The translations under genes were made by a program, and so were the position numbers. Shown here one piece after another: positions 1 through 8,800 of a DNA stretch of 64,000 nucleotides (its first letter is position 1; the number at the start of each line of letters is the position of its first letter). The notes beneath the pieces were generated by a model. The model saw only the letters and a list, made by a program, of their open reading frames with translations. It did no database searches and was not told the DNA's origin. This DNA comes from Pseudomonadota bacterium (GTDB taxonomy: Bacteria; Pseudomonadota; Gammaproteobacteria; Acidiferrobacterales; Acidiferrobacteraceae): assembly GCA_021784845.1 (NCBI GenBank), contig JAJYHH010000076.1:13374-77373 (forward strand). Direction: 5' to 3'.

Positions 1-203
1 GTGCTGACGTCCGGTTCCTCGGAACGCGCAAGACGCAGATAATACTGGTCAACGGTCCACAGATGATGGAATTTGGGGCAGAATCGGCAGCGCAGCGAAC
101 AGCGGCTCGTCAGATTGAGGTATACGGCCCGCTCAAGCCGGTAACAGACGGCGCCTTCGGGAGATTCGAAGGATATTGTCGGGCTCGTATGGCTCATGGA
201 CAT
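1..203 (-). CDS. Radical SAM protein, N-terminal part (gene runs off the left edge)
   Basis: Reverse-strand ATG at 203 (or 197) opens MSMSHTSPTISFESPEGAVCYRLERAVYLNLTSRCSLRCRFCPKFHHLWTVDQYYLRLARSEEPDVS. It carries the CxxxCxxC radical-SAM cluster motif (C-SLR-C-RF-C). It is absent from the ORF track because it has no stop in the window. From memory it resembles the TatD-associated radical SAM family. Confidence 0.6.
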   Translation of the reverse strand, partial: MSMSHTSPTISFESPEGAVCYRLERAVYLNLTSRCSLRCRFCPKFHHLWTVDQYYLRLARSEEPDVS

Positions 204-232
204 AGTCTACTCTTCGGGCGGCCGATGGGCCC

Positions 233-275
233 TTGATGGATGTCAACGGCGCCCGTCCCGGACGCGCGCTCTAAT
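233..275 (+). promoter_or_regulatory. Class II FNR-type promoter for nrdG: FNR box TTGATggatGTCAA (233-246) plus -10 TCTAAT (270-275)
   Basis: The box matches TTGAT-N4-ATCAA at 9 of 10 positions. The -10 hexamer matches TATAAT at 5 of 6. The box centre (239.5) lies about 42 bp upstream of the implied start site (about 282). A strong SD AAGGAGG (294-300) sits 8 nt before the ATG at 309. Confidence 0.55.
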
Positions 276-308
276 CCGGTACGTGAGCCCTTAAAAGGAG
301 GGAAATGC

Positions 309-1082
309 ATGTCGCCTCATCTGCATGCGGGCGGGTGTCCGCTCCCTCCCCGTGTGATTGCGCCGGCTTTGGCCGCCATGCGGCTCGGCGGCTTCGTTCC
401 CTGGAGCAGCGTCGATTACCCCGGCCATCAGTCCGCGGTACTGTTTTGTGGCGGCTGTCCCTGGCGCTGCCGTTATTGCCACAACAGTCACCTCTGGCAC
501 GGCACGGCCGAGGTGCCCTGGCGGACAGTCGAGGAGTTTCTTGAACGCCGGCGCGGTCTGCTGGATGCGGTGGTCATCAGTGGGGGTGAGCCCCTGGCAC
601 AGGCCCAGGCGGTCGCAGCGGCCCTGCAGGTGATCCGTGACAAAGGCTTTGCGACGGCCATGCACACGGCCGGGGTCGCGCCGCGGCGGCTGGCCCGACT
701 GCTGGCGCTGCTCGATTGGGTCGGTCTGGATATCAAGGGGCCGTTTGCGCGTTATCCCACCATCACCGGTAGCCGGCGCAGCGGGCTGGCAGCCCGTGCG
801 GCGCTTGAAATGGTTCTGGCCGCCGGTGTGGCGTGCGAATTGCGGACCACGGTGCACTCGGCGTTGCTGTCGGCGGCCGATCTCGTCGCCATGGTCACAG
901 AGCTGCGCGAACTGGGCGTATCCCGGCTGGTTTTGAAGGATTTTCGCAGTCAGGGTTGCGCCGACGCAGGTCTTGCGGTGCGTCACCGGCCGTGGCTTAC
1001 TCCCGCGCTTGCCGCGCGATTGCGCGCGATCATGCCGGATATCGTTCTCCCAGGGCGCCCCGAGCTGGTGGGCGCACCCTAG
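309..1082 (+). CDS. nrdG: Anaerobic ribonucleoside-triphosphate reductase activating protein (NrdG2-type radical SAM activase)
   Basis: MRLGGFVPWSSVDYPGHQSAVLFCGGCPWRCRYCHNSHL matches the NrdG2 signature as I recall it from P. aeruginosa NrdG. The start at 309 is chosen because of the AAGGAGG SD; 240 and 378 are in-frame alternatives. Confidence 0.75.
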   Translation: MSPHLHAGGCPLPPRVIAPALAAMRLGGFVPWSSVDYPGHQSAVLFCGGCPWRCRYCHNSHLWHGTAEVPWRTVEEFLERRRGLLDAVVISGGEPLAQAQAVAAALQVIRDKGFATAMHTAGVAPRRLARLLALLDWVGLDIKGPFARYPTITGSRRSGLAARAALEMVLAAGVACELRTTVHSALLSAADLVAMVTELRELGVSRLVLKDFRSQGCADAGLAVRHRPWLTPALAARLRAIMPDIVLPGRPELVGAP

Positions 1083-2278
1083 GGGTCACGGTGGGCCAAC
1101 AGAATGAGACTGTAGAGGAGCACAAAAGGCAGCAGAGTCAGAACGGCGAGCGGCGCTGCGATGACGCTGAGATTCAATCCAGCCCAGTGGTCGATAGCCG
1201 GCAGGCTCGCGCCCATGCGCAACACGGCGGCGGCCTGCACGCCGACCAGGGCGAGCCAGCTGACTCCGTCACTGTGCAAGGGACGCCCGGAATGGCCGCG
1301 CGTCACGCGCGTGACCATGGCCACCACGAGGCTTAGCGCCGCGCCGATACCCAAGGCATGCAGCGGCGCCCGGCTGCCGGGAAAGAAACCGAATGCACGG
1401 CCCGCATCCTGGGCTGCGTAGAGGAAAAACCCGATAGCCATCCAGGTCACGCCCGCGTAGAGGAGGACCAGCAGGCCGTGACGCAGGCCGTCGCGTCGCA
1501 TCCAGGTCCCGGCATGGAACGCCGCCAGCACCCCTAAGGCGGCATCGATCGGAATCAGTCCCGCGAAGTCGCCGCGGGACGCCAGCGCAACGTGCGTCAT
1601 GCCGAGAAGAAGAAACGCGACGGGTGCATGACGCAGTGCGCGGTTGTGGTAAGACGGCAACACCGCGGCGCTGAAAAAAGGCAGCATGCGGAAAGCGACC
1701 CCAAAGAGCGTGGGCAAGAGGAAGACGAAGAGTCCAAGCCGGATTGCCAGTTGCACCAGTGCCTCATTCGCGCGCCCGAGCGCGAAGGCATACAGTGCAA
1801 GACCGGCGGCCTCCGCCGCCAGCGTCACACAGAAAAGGCCCGCGCCCATGCGATGAGGCACTGGTGTCCGGCGATAAAGACCGATCAGCCGGCTCGCGAG
1901 CAGGCTATCGGCGAGGAACATGACCAGGATGCCCCCGGCGAGAACGGCGGTGTTCATCGCAAGCCCCGCGTAGACAACCAGCAGACCGATGATCCGCAAC
2001 AAAGCCGGCAGGCGATAATGTGCCCGTAGCAGCGGTGGATGCTTGAGCCAGCGGGGGAATGTCGTGGCGAGAAAACCCAGGACGAAGAAAGGAAAGAGTC
2101 CATAGAGCATCAGGAATGCGTGGATGGCCACAGGTGGCGTGTCGAGCGCCGGCACGGCATACCAGCCGGTGAAGGCTCCGGCAAGCCACAGAGACCACAC
2201 CGCAAGGCCCGCGATCATCTGCGCCAGGCCGGCTGCAAAATAGATGCGGTGGGGTGCATCGAATACGCGCAGGCTCAT
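1079..2278 (-). CDS. nnrS: NnrS family integral membrane protein (NO-response associated)
   Basis: 399 aa, about 12 hydrophobic spans. The N-terminus FDAPHRIYFAAGLAQMIAGLAVW and the histidine-rich helices are typical of NnrS. It is co-directional with the upstream hemerythrin gene. Confidence 0.6.
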   Translation of the reverse strand: MSLRVFDAPHRIYFAAGLAQMIAGLAVWSLWLAGAFTGWYAVPALDTPPVAIHAFLMLYGLFPFFVLGFLATTFPRWLKHPPLLRAHYRLPALLRIIGLLVVYAGLAMNTAVLAGGILVMFLADSLLASRLIGLYRRTPVPHRMGAGLFCVTLAAEAAGLALYAFALGRANEALVQLAIRLGLFVFLLPTLFGVAFRMLPFFSAAVLPSYHNRALRHAPVAFLLLGMTHVALASRGDFAGLIPIDAALGVLAAFHAGTWMRRDGLRHGLLVLLYAGVTWMAIGFFLYAAQDAGRAFGFFPGSRAPLHALGIGAALSLVVAMVTRVTRGHSGRPLHSDGVSWLALVGVQAAAVLRMGASLPAIDHWAGLNLSVIAAPLAVLTLLPFVLLYSLILLAHRDP

Positions 2279-2390
2279 CGCGCCAAAGGCATCTCGAGGG
2301 TTTTGTGCATTCCCGGCTCCGGATCACGCCAGGCACAGGGCGGTGCGGGTGGCTGGGCGGAAAAGTGCGGGGCCGCGTCGGGGGCGGGCA

Positions 2391-2831
2391 TCAGTACTGG
2401 ATGCCGGCCATGGCTTCCATGGCCTCGAGGAAATCGTCGGCTTCGGCGGCAAAAAGCCGGTCTATGGCTGGGTAGAGGACGTTCTCCTCCTTGGCCGTGT
2501 GCTGTTCGACCGCCACCCGGAGTGCACCAAGCGCCGTCTGGAATGCCGCCGCGGAGCGGCAGCCGCGTTCCTGGGCGGTGCGTGCGAGCAACAGGCGGAT
2601 CCGGTCATGCTCGGCGCGCATGACGGCAATGGGCCCCTTGTTGCCCATGCGGTTTTCAAACGGCTCGAACAGGATCTGCTCTTCGATGCCCAAATGGCGC
2701 GTGAGCGCCGCATGGAAGGCCATGAAGGCCTGTCCGTCGTCCCCACATCCGATGGTTTCGGCCTGGGCAAGCAGGGTATCGAGCTGGCGGTGTTCGGTGG
2801 TCAGGAATACGGATAGTGTCGGGTTTGCCAT
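2391..2831 (-). CDS. Hemerythrin (HHE cation-binding) domain protein
   Basis: 146 aa. TEHRQLD...FHAALTRHLGIEEQILFP...MRAEHDRI...EQHTAKEENVLYP gives the repeated H/E ligand pattern of hemerythrin-like di-iron proteins. Confidence 0.75.
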   Translation of the reverse strand: MANPTLSVFLTTEHRQLDTLLAQAETIGCGDDGQAFMAFHAALTRHLGIEEQILFEPFENRMGNKGPIAVMRAEHDRIRLLLARTAQERGCRSAAAFQTALGALRVAVEQHTAKEENVLYPAIDRLFAAEADDFLEAMEAMAGIQY

Positions 2832-2949
2832 GGAAATCTGTCCTCTGCATGCCGGGCACAGCGCGTCGCCATTGTGAAACGCGCAAACCCCCGACAGCCT
2901 TGTCTTGGGTCAAGGTGGGTCGGGATCGGCCACGGTCGATCACACCCCT

Positions 2950-2963
2950 TTGATAATAATCAA
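2950..2963. promoter_or_regulatory. Perfect FNR/ANR/DNR-type palindrome TTGATAATAATCAA
   Basis: Exact match to TTGAT-N4-ATCAA. It sits in the AT-richest part of the 397-bp divergent region between the hemerythrin-nnrS genes (minus) and fnr (plus). Confidence 0.6.
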
Positions 2964-3010
2964 AAAAGTAATATCCTGTAACAGTGCCGCTCAACGCCGC
3001 GGCCCGGACC

Positions 3011-3039
3011 TTGCCGCGCGCGCCACGCTCCTTTATAAA
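3011..3039 (+). promoter_or_regulatory. Candidate sigma70 promoter for fnr (TTGCCG-N17-TATAAA)
   Basis: -35 TTGCCG at 3011-3016, 17-nt spacer, -10 TATAAA at 3034-3039. The -10 lies in the palindrome CTTTATAAAG, so it could also serve the minus strand. Hexamer matching by eye only. Confidence 0.3.
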
Positions 3040-3228
3040 GCCGTAGACATTGCGGTGGCATGCCCGGCCGGGAGCAGAGAAGGTCATGAAATCATGAGGT
3101 GTGCCATGATCGGGCCGTTATGTCCGGACAGAGAGGGGCGCGGTCCGTGCGCCATCATGTGGCCGGGGTGGCGCGGCCGATGGCATGAAACGTTTGCCGA
3201 TTCCATCTAGAGAACCATCAGATCCGAC

Positions 3229-3963
3229 ATGCTCGCGACGAATTTTGAGACGACCCTGAAGCAACGCTGTTCGGCGTGCAGTCTGCGGGAAATCTGTCTG
3301 CCTCTTGGCCTGGATCAGCGGGAGCTGTCACGGCTCGACGATCTGATAAAGAAGCGCCGCGCCATTCCCGCCGGGCAGCACCTCTTCCGGGCCGGCGATC
3401 CCTTCCAGGGTCTGGCGGCAGTGCGCTCCGGATTCTTCAAGATTTACGAAATCAGCGAAAGCGGCTACGAGCAGATCACCGGGTTTCCGATGGGTGGGGA
3501 ACTCATAGGGCTTGATGCGATCAGCACCGGGGCGCATCTTGGCAACGCGCTGGCTTTGGAAGACAGCGAGGTCTGCGAGATTCCGTTTGCGCGCCTTGAA
3601 GTCCTGTTGTCCGAGTTGCCCCGGCTGCAGCACCAGTTCCACAAGCTGCTAAGCGGCGCGATCGTTCTCGACCACAGTCTCCTGATGGTGCTGGGCACGA
3701 TGACAGCTGAACACAAGCTTGCGGCATTCCTGCTGAATCTGGCGGACCGCCTCGAAATGCGCGGATATTCGCCGCTTGTGATTCACCTGCCGATGTCACG
3801 GGAGGAGATCGGCAATTATCTCGGTCTTAAACTTGAGACCGTAAGCCGGATGTTTTCCAAGTTGCGCCAGGAGGGGCTGATCGAAGCGGAGGGCCGCAAG
3901 GTTCTGATTCGCAAGCGGGATGCCCTGAAGGTACTGGCGGCCGGGGCGCGCCGCGACCGCTGA
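3229..3963 (+). CDS. fnr: FNR/ANR-type oxygen-sensing Crp/Fnr family transcriptional regulator
   Basis: 244 aa. The N-terminal Cys cluster KQRCSACSLREICLPLGL (C-x2-C-x5-C) plus the internal SEVCEIPF cysteine parallels the [4Fe-4S] ligands of ANR/FNR. A cNMP-binding-like core and a C-terminal HTH (REEIGNYLGLKLETVSRMFSKL) follow. Confidence 0.85.
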   Translation: MLATNFETTLKQRCSACSLREICLPLGLDQRELSRLDDLIKKRRAIPAGQHLFRAGDPFQGLAAVRSGFFKIYEISESGYEQITGFPMGGELIGLDAISTGAHLGNALALEDSEVCEIPFARLEVLLSELPRLQHQFHKLLSGAIVLDHSLLMVLGTMTAEHKLAAFLLNLADRLEMRGYSPLVIHLPMSREEIGNYLGLKLETVSRMFSKLRQEGLIEAEGRKVLIRKRDALKVLAAGARRDR

Positions 3964-4088
3964 GGCCGTTGTGGGTCCTTGAAGCCAGGCCATGTGCCGG
4001 TGCAAGATGGGGACCCGAAGAGGGAATGTGATTCCTGGTGACTGTCCCGGTCTGCAGGCAGACGGCGATCATCTATCCGGGACGAAAT

Positions 4089-4165
<77 letters not shown>

Positions 4166-4179
4166 CCAGAAGGTCGCAA

Positions 4180-4207
4180 AGTCTACCATGTTTCGGCGCA
4201 ATGGCAA
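4180..4207 (-). promoter_or_regulatory. Candidate sigma70 promoter for tRNA-fMet (TTGCCA-N16-TAGACT on minus strand)
   Basis: The minus strand reads TTGCCAttgcgccgaaacatggTAGACTttgcgaccttctgg and is followed directly by the tRNA 5' end. This implies a short leader to be removed by RNase P. Confidence 0.45.
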
Positions 4208-4223
4208 GCGCGCCCGCCAATCG

Positions 4224-4251
4224 TTGAAGTTTGCGCCAGAAAGCTTATAAT
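4224..4251 (+). promoter_or_regulatory. Candidate sigma70 promoter for rimP-nusA-infB (TTGAAG-N16-TATAAT)
   Basis: -35 TTGAAG at 4224-4229 and a perfect -10 TATAAT at 4246-4251. It lies back to back with the tRNA promoter. Confidence 0.5.
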
Positions 4252-4276
4252 TCCTTTAACCGAAAGATTCGAAAAG

Positions 4277-4304
4277 AAGTGGGCGCAGGCCCACTTTTGC
4301 GTTT
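4277..4304 (+). terminator. Leader hairpin plus T-tract just upstream of rimP (candidate attenuator)
   Basis: AAGTGGGC-gcag-GCCCACTT followed by TTgcgTTT. It lies between the candidate promoter and the rimP ATG at 4312. Confidence 0.35.
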
Positions 4305-4311
4305 ATAGGCT

Positions 4312-4767
4312 ATGGAGAAGCGAATTCAAGCGGAGCGGATACGTGCACTGATCGAGCCTGGCGTGAGCCAGCTTGGCTACGAAGTCGTGGACGTCGAATA
4401 CGTGAGCGGCCAGAAGACATTGCGCATCTACATCGATGCGCCAGATGGCATAGACGTGGACGATTGCGCCAGGGTCAGCCGTCAGGTGAGCGCGCTCCTG
4501 GATGTCGAGGATCCGATTCCCGGTCAATACAACCTGGAGGTGTCATCGCCCGGACTCGACCGGCCGCTGGCGCGCGCCGAGGATTTTACCCGTTTCGCGG
4601 GCGCGAAGGTCAAGATCAGGACGCTGCTCCCGGTCGAAGGGCGCAAGAATTTTCAGGGACGTCTGGTCGGGCTGCGCGGAAACAGTGTGGTCCTGGCGAC
4701 CGATGAGACAAGTTATGATCTTGCCCTGAACAACATCGAAAGGGCGAGACTTGTGCCCGACCTCTAA
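4312..4767 (+). CDS. rimP: Ribosome maturation factor RimP
   Basis: 151 aa. LIEPGVSQLGYEVVDVEYVSGQKTLRIYIDAPDGIDVDDCARVSRQVSALLDVEDPIPGQYNLEVSSPGLDRPL is the RimP signature. It sits in the conserved position before nusA. Confidence 0.93.
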   Translation: MEKRIQAERIRALIEPGVSQLGYEVVDVEYVSGQKTLRIYIDAPDGIDVDDCARVSRQVSALLDVEDPIPGQYNLEVSSPGLDRPLARAEDFTRFAGAKVKIRTLLPVEGRKNFQGRLVGLRGNSVVLATDETSYDLALNNIERARLVPDL

Positions 4768-4786
4768 GAGGGGGGCGGAGGTGGCG

Positions 4787-6292
4787 ATGGCAAACGAAAT
4801 TCTGCAAGTGGTTGAAGCCGTATCGCGCGAAAAGAATGTCGACCGCGAGGTGATATTCGGTGCGCTGGAGGCGGCTCTGGCGACGGCGACGCGCAAGCGT
4901 CACCGCGATGATATCGATGCGCGTGTGTCGATTCAGAGGAAGACAGGGGAATATGACACGTTTCGCCGGTGGCTGGTGGTGCCGGATGACGCCGACCCGC
5001 TGGCCTTCCCGGAACGGGAAATGCATCTGTCGGACGCGCGTCTTCGCGATCCCGGGGCGGAAGTGGGCGGCTATGTGGAAGAGCCGCTCGAGCCCGTTGA
5101 GTTCGGCCGGATCGCGGCCCAGGCTGCCAAGCAGGTGATCGTGCAGAAGGTGCGCGAGGCCGAGCGTGAACAGATCGTCAATCAGTTCAAGGATCGGCAG
5201 GGCGAGCTCGTCACCGGTGTCGTCAAGCGTCTTGAACGGGGCGATGCCATCATCGATCTGGGTAGCGCGGAAGCCTTGCTGGCGAAGGCGGCGATGATCC
5301 CGCGCGAAGGATTGCGCCCTGGTGACCGGGTACGCGCCTATCTGGAGGACGTCCATTCGACACCGCGCGGCCCGCAGCTGTTTCTGAGCCGCATTTCACC
5401 GCAACTGCTCGTGGAGCTGTTCAAACTGGAAGTGCCGGAGGCTGGCGAGGGTCTGATCGAGATTCACGGAGCGGCGCGGGACCCCGGTCTGCGCGCCAAG
5501 ATTGCGGTGAATTCCAAGGATCCGCGCATCGATCCGATCGGCGCCTGCGTGGGCATGCGCGGATCGCGTGTGCAGAGCGTATCCAACGAGCTCGGTGGCG
5601 AGCGGGTCGACATCATCCAGTGGTCGCCGGATCCCGCCCAGTTCGTCATCAATGCCCTGGCTCCCGCGGAGGTCCAGTCGATCGTGGTCGACGAGGAACT
5701 GCGCAGCATGGACGTTATCGTCGATGAATCGCAGCTGTCACAGGTCATTGGCCGGGGCGGGCAGAATGTCCGTCTGGCCTCGGAGCTGACCGGCTGGGAA
5801 CTCAATATCATGACGGAAGAGACCGCCTCGGCGCGCGGACAGAGCGAGGCGACCAACGCTATCCAGATGTTCGTGGATGCGCTGGGCATCGAGACGGCAA
5901 CCGCCGAAGCGTTGGTGCAGGAAGGCTTCATGAGCCTGGATGAGGTCGCCTATGTCCCGAAACAGGAGATGATGGCGGTCGAAGGTTTGACGGAGGAGCG
6001 GATCGATGCCATGCGGGATCGTGCTCGTGATATTCTCCTGACGCGGGCGATCACGCTCGAAGAGAAGATTGACATGGCAGAGCCGGCGCCGGATCTGCTC
6101 GCCATGCCGGAAATGGATGAACACACGGCGCGGGTGTTGGCAAGTCATGGGATAAAAACCATGGAAGAACTGGCCGATCAATCCGTGGACGACCTGGTCG
6201 GGATCATCGAGGGTCTGGACGAGGAGAGGGCGCGTGCCCTGATTATGGCCGCGCGTGCACCGTGGTTTGCGGATCAGGGCCAGGGGGCCTAA
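4787..6292 (+). CDS. nusA: Transcription termination/antitermination factor NusA
   Basis: MANEILQVVEAVSREKNV N-terminus, S1 and KH domains, and C-terminal acidic repeats. The start is taken at the ATG at 4787 inside the longer ORF 4751-6292. Confidence 0.96.
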   Translation: MANEILQVVEAVSREKNVDREVIFGALEAALATATRKRHRDDIDARVSIQRKTGEYDTFRRWLVVPDDADPLAFPEREMHLSDARLRDPGAEVGGYVEEPLEPVEFGRIAAQAAKQVIVQKVREAEREQIVNQFKDRQGELVTGVVKRLERGDAIIDLGSAEALLAKAAMIPREGLRPGDRVRAYLEDVHSTPRGPQLFLSRISPQLLVELFKLEVPEAGEGLIEIHGAARDPGLRAKIAVNSKDPRIDPIGACVGMRGSRVQSVSNELGGERVDIIQWSPDPAQFVINALAPAEVQSIVVDEELRSMDVIVDESQLSQVIGRGGQNVRLASELTGWELNIMTEETASARGQSEATNAIQMFVDALGIETATAEALVQEGFMSLDEVAYVPKQEMMAVEGLTEERIDAMRDRARDILLTRAITLEEKIDMAEPAPDLLAMPEMDEHTARVLASHGIKTMEELADQSVDDLVGIIEGLDEERARALIMAARAPWFADQGQGA

Positions 6293-6301
6293 CCAATTCA
6301 G

Positions 6302-8800
6302 ATGCCTGAAACGACAGTCAAAAGCTTTGCAGAACAGATCGGAGTCGCGCCTGACAAGCTGCTTCAGCAGTTGGGTGCGGCCGGAATCAGCGGCAAAAAG
6401 ACCGGGGACCCGCTGAGCGACGAAGAGAAGATGGCATTGCTGAGCTTTTTGCGCACGCATCACGGGGGTGCGGAACCAGGGGCCAAGCGGATCACGCTGA
6501 CACAAAAATCGACGAGCAAGATCGTCCAGAGTTCGCGTTTTGGGCAGGCGCGCGCGGTGCAGGTGGAGGTGCGCAAGAAGCGCACGTTCGTCAAGCGTCC
6601 CGCCGCGGAAGAACAGGAAGCGGTGCCGGAGGAAGTGGCGGCACCACCGGTTTTTCTGACCGAGGAAGCACCACCCATCGAAGCTGTGGTGGCCGAGGCG
6701 GTACAGCAGGCCGTGGCCGAAGAGGCGCCGGTTGCGCCAGCCGAAGCGAAAGCCGTTGTGTCCGAAGAAGCCCCGGCAGCCCCCCCGGCGGCCCCCCCGG
6801 CGGCGGAGGCACCGCCGCCTGCGCGCCCGGCCGTCAAGAAGGAAGTGCGTACGGAACGTGGGCCCCAGGCTGACAGGGAACGCGAACGCCGTGAGCGTCC
6901 GGGTGCCCGTCCCGCAGGCGGCGATCGCAAAGGCAAGGCCCGCCCGGGACCGGCCCCCCGCGGCGGATCAGGCAGGCGGCCTTTGCCCGGCAAGCGTGTC
7001 GTGACCAGCATGAGCGGTCAGCATGCATTCGAGATGCCGACCGAGCCGGTGGTGCGCGAGGTGCTGTTGCCCGAAGCCATTACGGTCGCAGAGCTTGCCC
7101 AGCAGATGTCCGTGAAGGCGGCCGAAGTCATCAAAGCCCTGATGAAGCTTGGCATGATGGTGACCATCAATCAGGTGCTCGATCGGGAGACGGCGACGAT
7201 CGTCGTCGAGGAAATGGGCCATGTCGCCCGCGAAGCCCGGTCACACAATCCCGAAGTGACGCTGAAAAGCGAAACCGAGCAGGGTACCGCCGAACCGCGC
7301 CCGCCCGTGGTTACGGTCATGGGTCATGTCGACCACGGCAAGACCTCGCTGCTCGACTATATCCGCAAGACCAAGGTGGCAAGTGGCGAGGCAGGCGGAA
7401 TCACCCAGCACATCGGCGCCTATCACGTCGAGATGCCAAAGGGCGTACTGACGTTCCTGGATACGCCGGGTCACGAAGCCTTTACGGCCATGCGGGCGCG
7501 TGGTGCCAAGGTGACCGACATCGTGATCCTGGTGGTAGCCGCTGACGATGGGGTCATGCCGCAGACGATCGAGGCGATTCATCACGCCCGCAATGCGGGT
7601 GTGCCGATCGTCGTGGCCGTGAACAAGATTGACAAGCCCCAGGCGGACATGGAGCGCGTCAAGCAGGAGCTCGTGGCGCACGAAGTGGTGCCCGAGGAAT
7701 GGGGTGGATCGGATATTTTCGTGCCGGTGTCGGCGAAGACCGGGCAGGGCATCGAGGATCTGCTGGATGCGGTGTTGCTGCAGGCGGAATTGCTGGAACT
7801 GAAGGCCGTGCGTGATGCGCTTGCGTCGGGGATCGTGGTCGAGGCGCGGCTCGACAAGGGCCGTGGTCCGGTGGCGACGATCCTCGTGCAGGAAGGAACG
7901 CTGCGCAAGGGTGATGTGATTCTGGCGGGCCGCGAATCGGGCCGTGTGCGGGCGATGACAGACGAGAACGGGCGCCCGGTCAAGGAAGCGGGACCGTCGA
8001 TTCCGGTGGAGGTGCAGGGGCTCTCTGGCGTGCCCAATGCTGGCGATGAGGTGACAGGCGTCGAAAATGAGCGCAAGGCGCGCGAAATCGCCCTGTTCCG
8101 TCAAGGCAAATTCAAGGACGTGAAGCTCCAGCGCCAACAGGCCTCCAAGCTGTCCAATATGTTCCAGCAGATGCAGGAAGGCGACATCAAGACACTGAAT
8201 CTGATCGTCAAGGCTGACGTACAGGGTTCGGTGGAGGCGCTGACCGACGCACTGGAGAAGCTGTCGACCGGGGAAGTCAAGGTCAATGTCGTGCATGGCA
8301 TGGTCGGCGGCATCAGCGAGTCGGACGTCAACCTGGCGGTGGCTTCGAATGCCATCATCATCGGTTTCAATGTGCGCGCCGACGGCGGCGCCCGCCGCCT
8401 GATCGATGCGGAAAGTGTCGACGTCCATTATTACAATGTCATTTATGACGCGGTCAACGAAGTCAAGGCGGCCATGGCCGGGATGTTGAAGCCGCAGTTC
8501 AAGGAAGAGGTCGTGGGTATCGCCGAGGTGCGCGAAGTGTTCCGTGCGCCGAAGGCCGGACAGATCGCGGGATGCCAGGTGATGGAAGGCACCATAAGGC
8601 GGGGTCGCAAGGCGCGGGTGTTGCGCAACAATGTCGTGATGTTCGATGGCGAAATCGAGTCGCTGCGACGGTTCAAGGATGACGTCGCCGAGGTCAAGGC
8701 GGGCTTTGAGTGCGGCATGACGATCAAGAACTACAACGACATACACGCCGGTGACCAGATCGAGGTCTACGAAAAGGTCGAGGTCGCCCGGTCCCTTTGA
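6302..8800 (+). CDS. infB: Translation initiation factor IF-2
   Basis: 832 aa. GTPase motifs [14 protein letters not shown] and NKID, plus a Pro/Ala-rich N-terminal linker. Confidence 0.97.
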   Translation: MPETTVKSFAEQIGVAPDKLLQQLGAAGISGKKTGDPLSDEEKMALLSFLRTHHGGAEPGAKRITLTQKSTSKIVQSSRFGQARAVQVEVRKKRTFVKRPAAEEQEAVPEEVAAPPVFLTEEAPPIEAVVAEAVQQAVAEEAPVAPAEAKAVVSEEAPAAPPAAPPAAEAPPPARPAVKKEVRTERGPQADRERERRERPGARPAGGDRKGKARPGPAPRGGSGRRPLPGKRVVTSMSGQHAFEMPTEPVVREVLLPEAITVAELAQQMSVKAAEVIKALMKLGMMVTINQVLDRETATIVVEEMGHVAREARSHNPEVTLKSETEQGTAEPRPPVVTVMGHVDHGKTSLLDYIRKTKVASGEAGGITQHIGAYHVEMPKGVLTFLDTPGHEAFTAMRARGAKVTDIVILVVAADDGVMPQTIEAIHHARNAGVPIVVAVNKIDKPQADMERVKQELVAHEVVPEEWGGSDIFVPVSAKTGQGIEDLLDAVLLQAELLELKAVRDALASGIVVEARLDKGRGPVATILVQEGTLRKGDVILAGRESGRVRAMTDENGRPVKEAGPSIPVEVQGLSGVPNAGDEVTGVENERKAREIALFRQGKFKDVKLQRQQASKLSNMFQQMQEGDIKTLNLIVKADVQGSVEALTDALEKLSTGEVKVNVVHGMVGGISESDVNLAVASNAIIIGFNVRADGGARRLIDAESVDVHYYNVIYDAVNEVKAAMAGMLKPQFKEEVVGIAEVREVFRAPKAGQIAGCQVMEGTIRRGRKARVLRNNVVMFDGEIESLRRFKDDVAEVKAGFECGMTIKNYNDIHAGDQIEVYEKVEVARSL

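Noticed and set aside
2905-3210. 101-aa ORF, plus the tiny uORF atg-aaa-tca-tga and the CATGA triplet (3083-3112), in the fnr upstream region
   Set aside because: No SD and no recognisable domain. The ORF spans the FNR box and the candidate promoter, so it is more likely non-coding regulatory DNA. The CATGA repeats have irregular spacing.
4277-4296. Reading the rimP-leader hairpin as a minus-strand terminator (it is also followed by a T-rich run on that strand)
   Set aside because: No minus-strand gene is transcribed into it, since rimP is on the plus strand. It also lies upstream of the tRNA promoter, so a plus-strand leader or attenuator role fits better.
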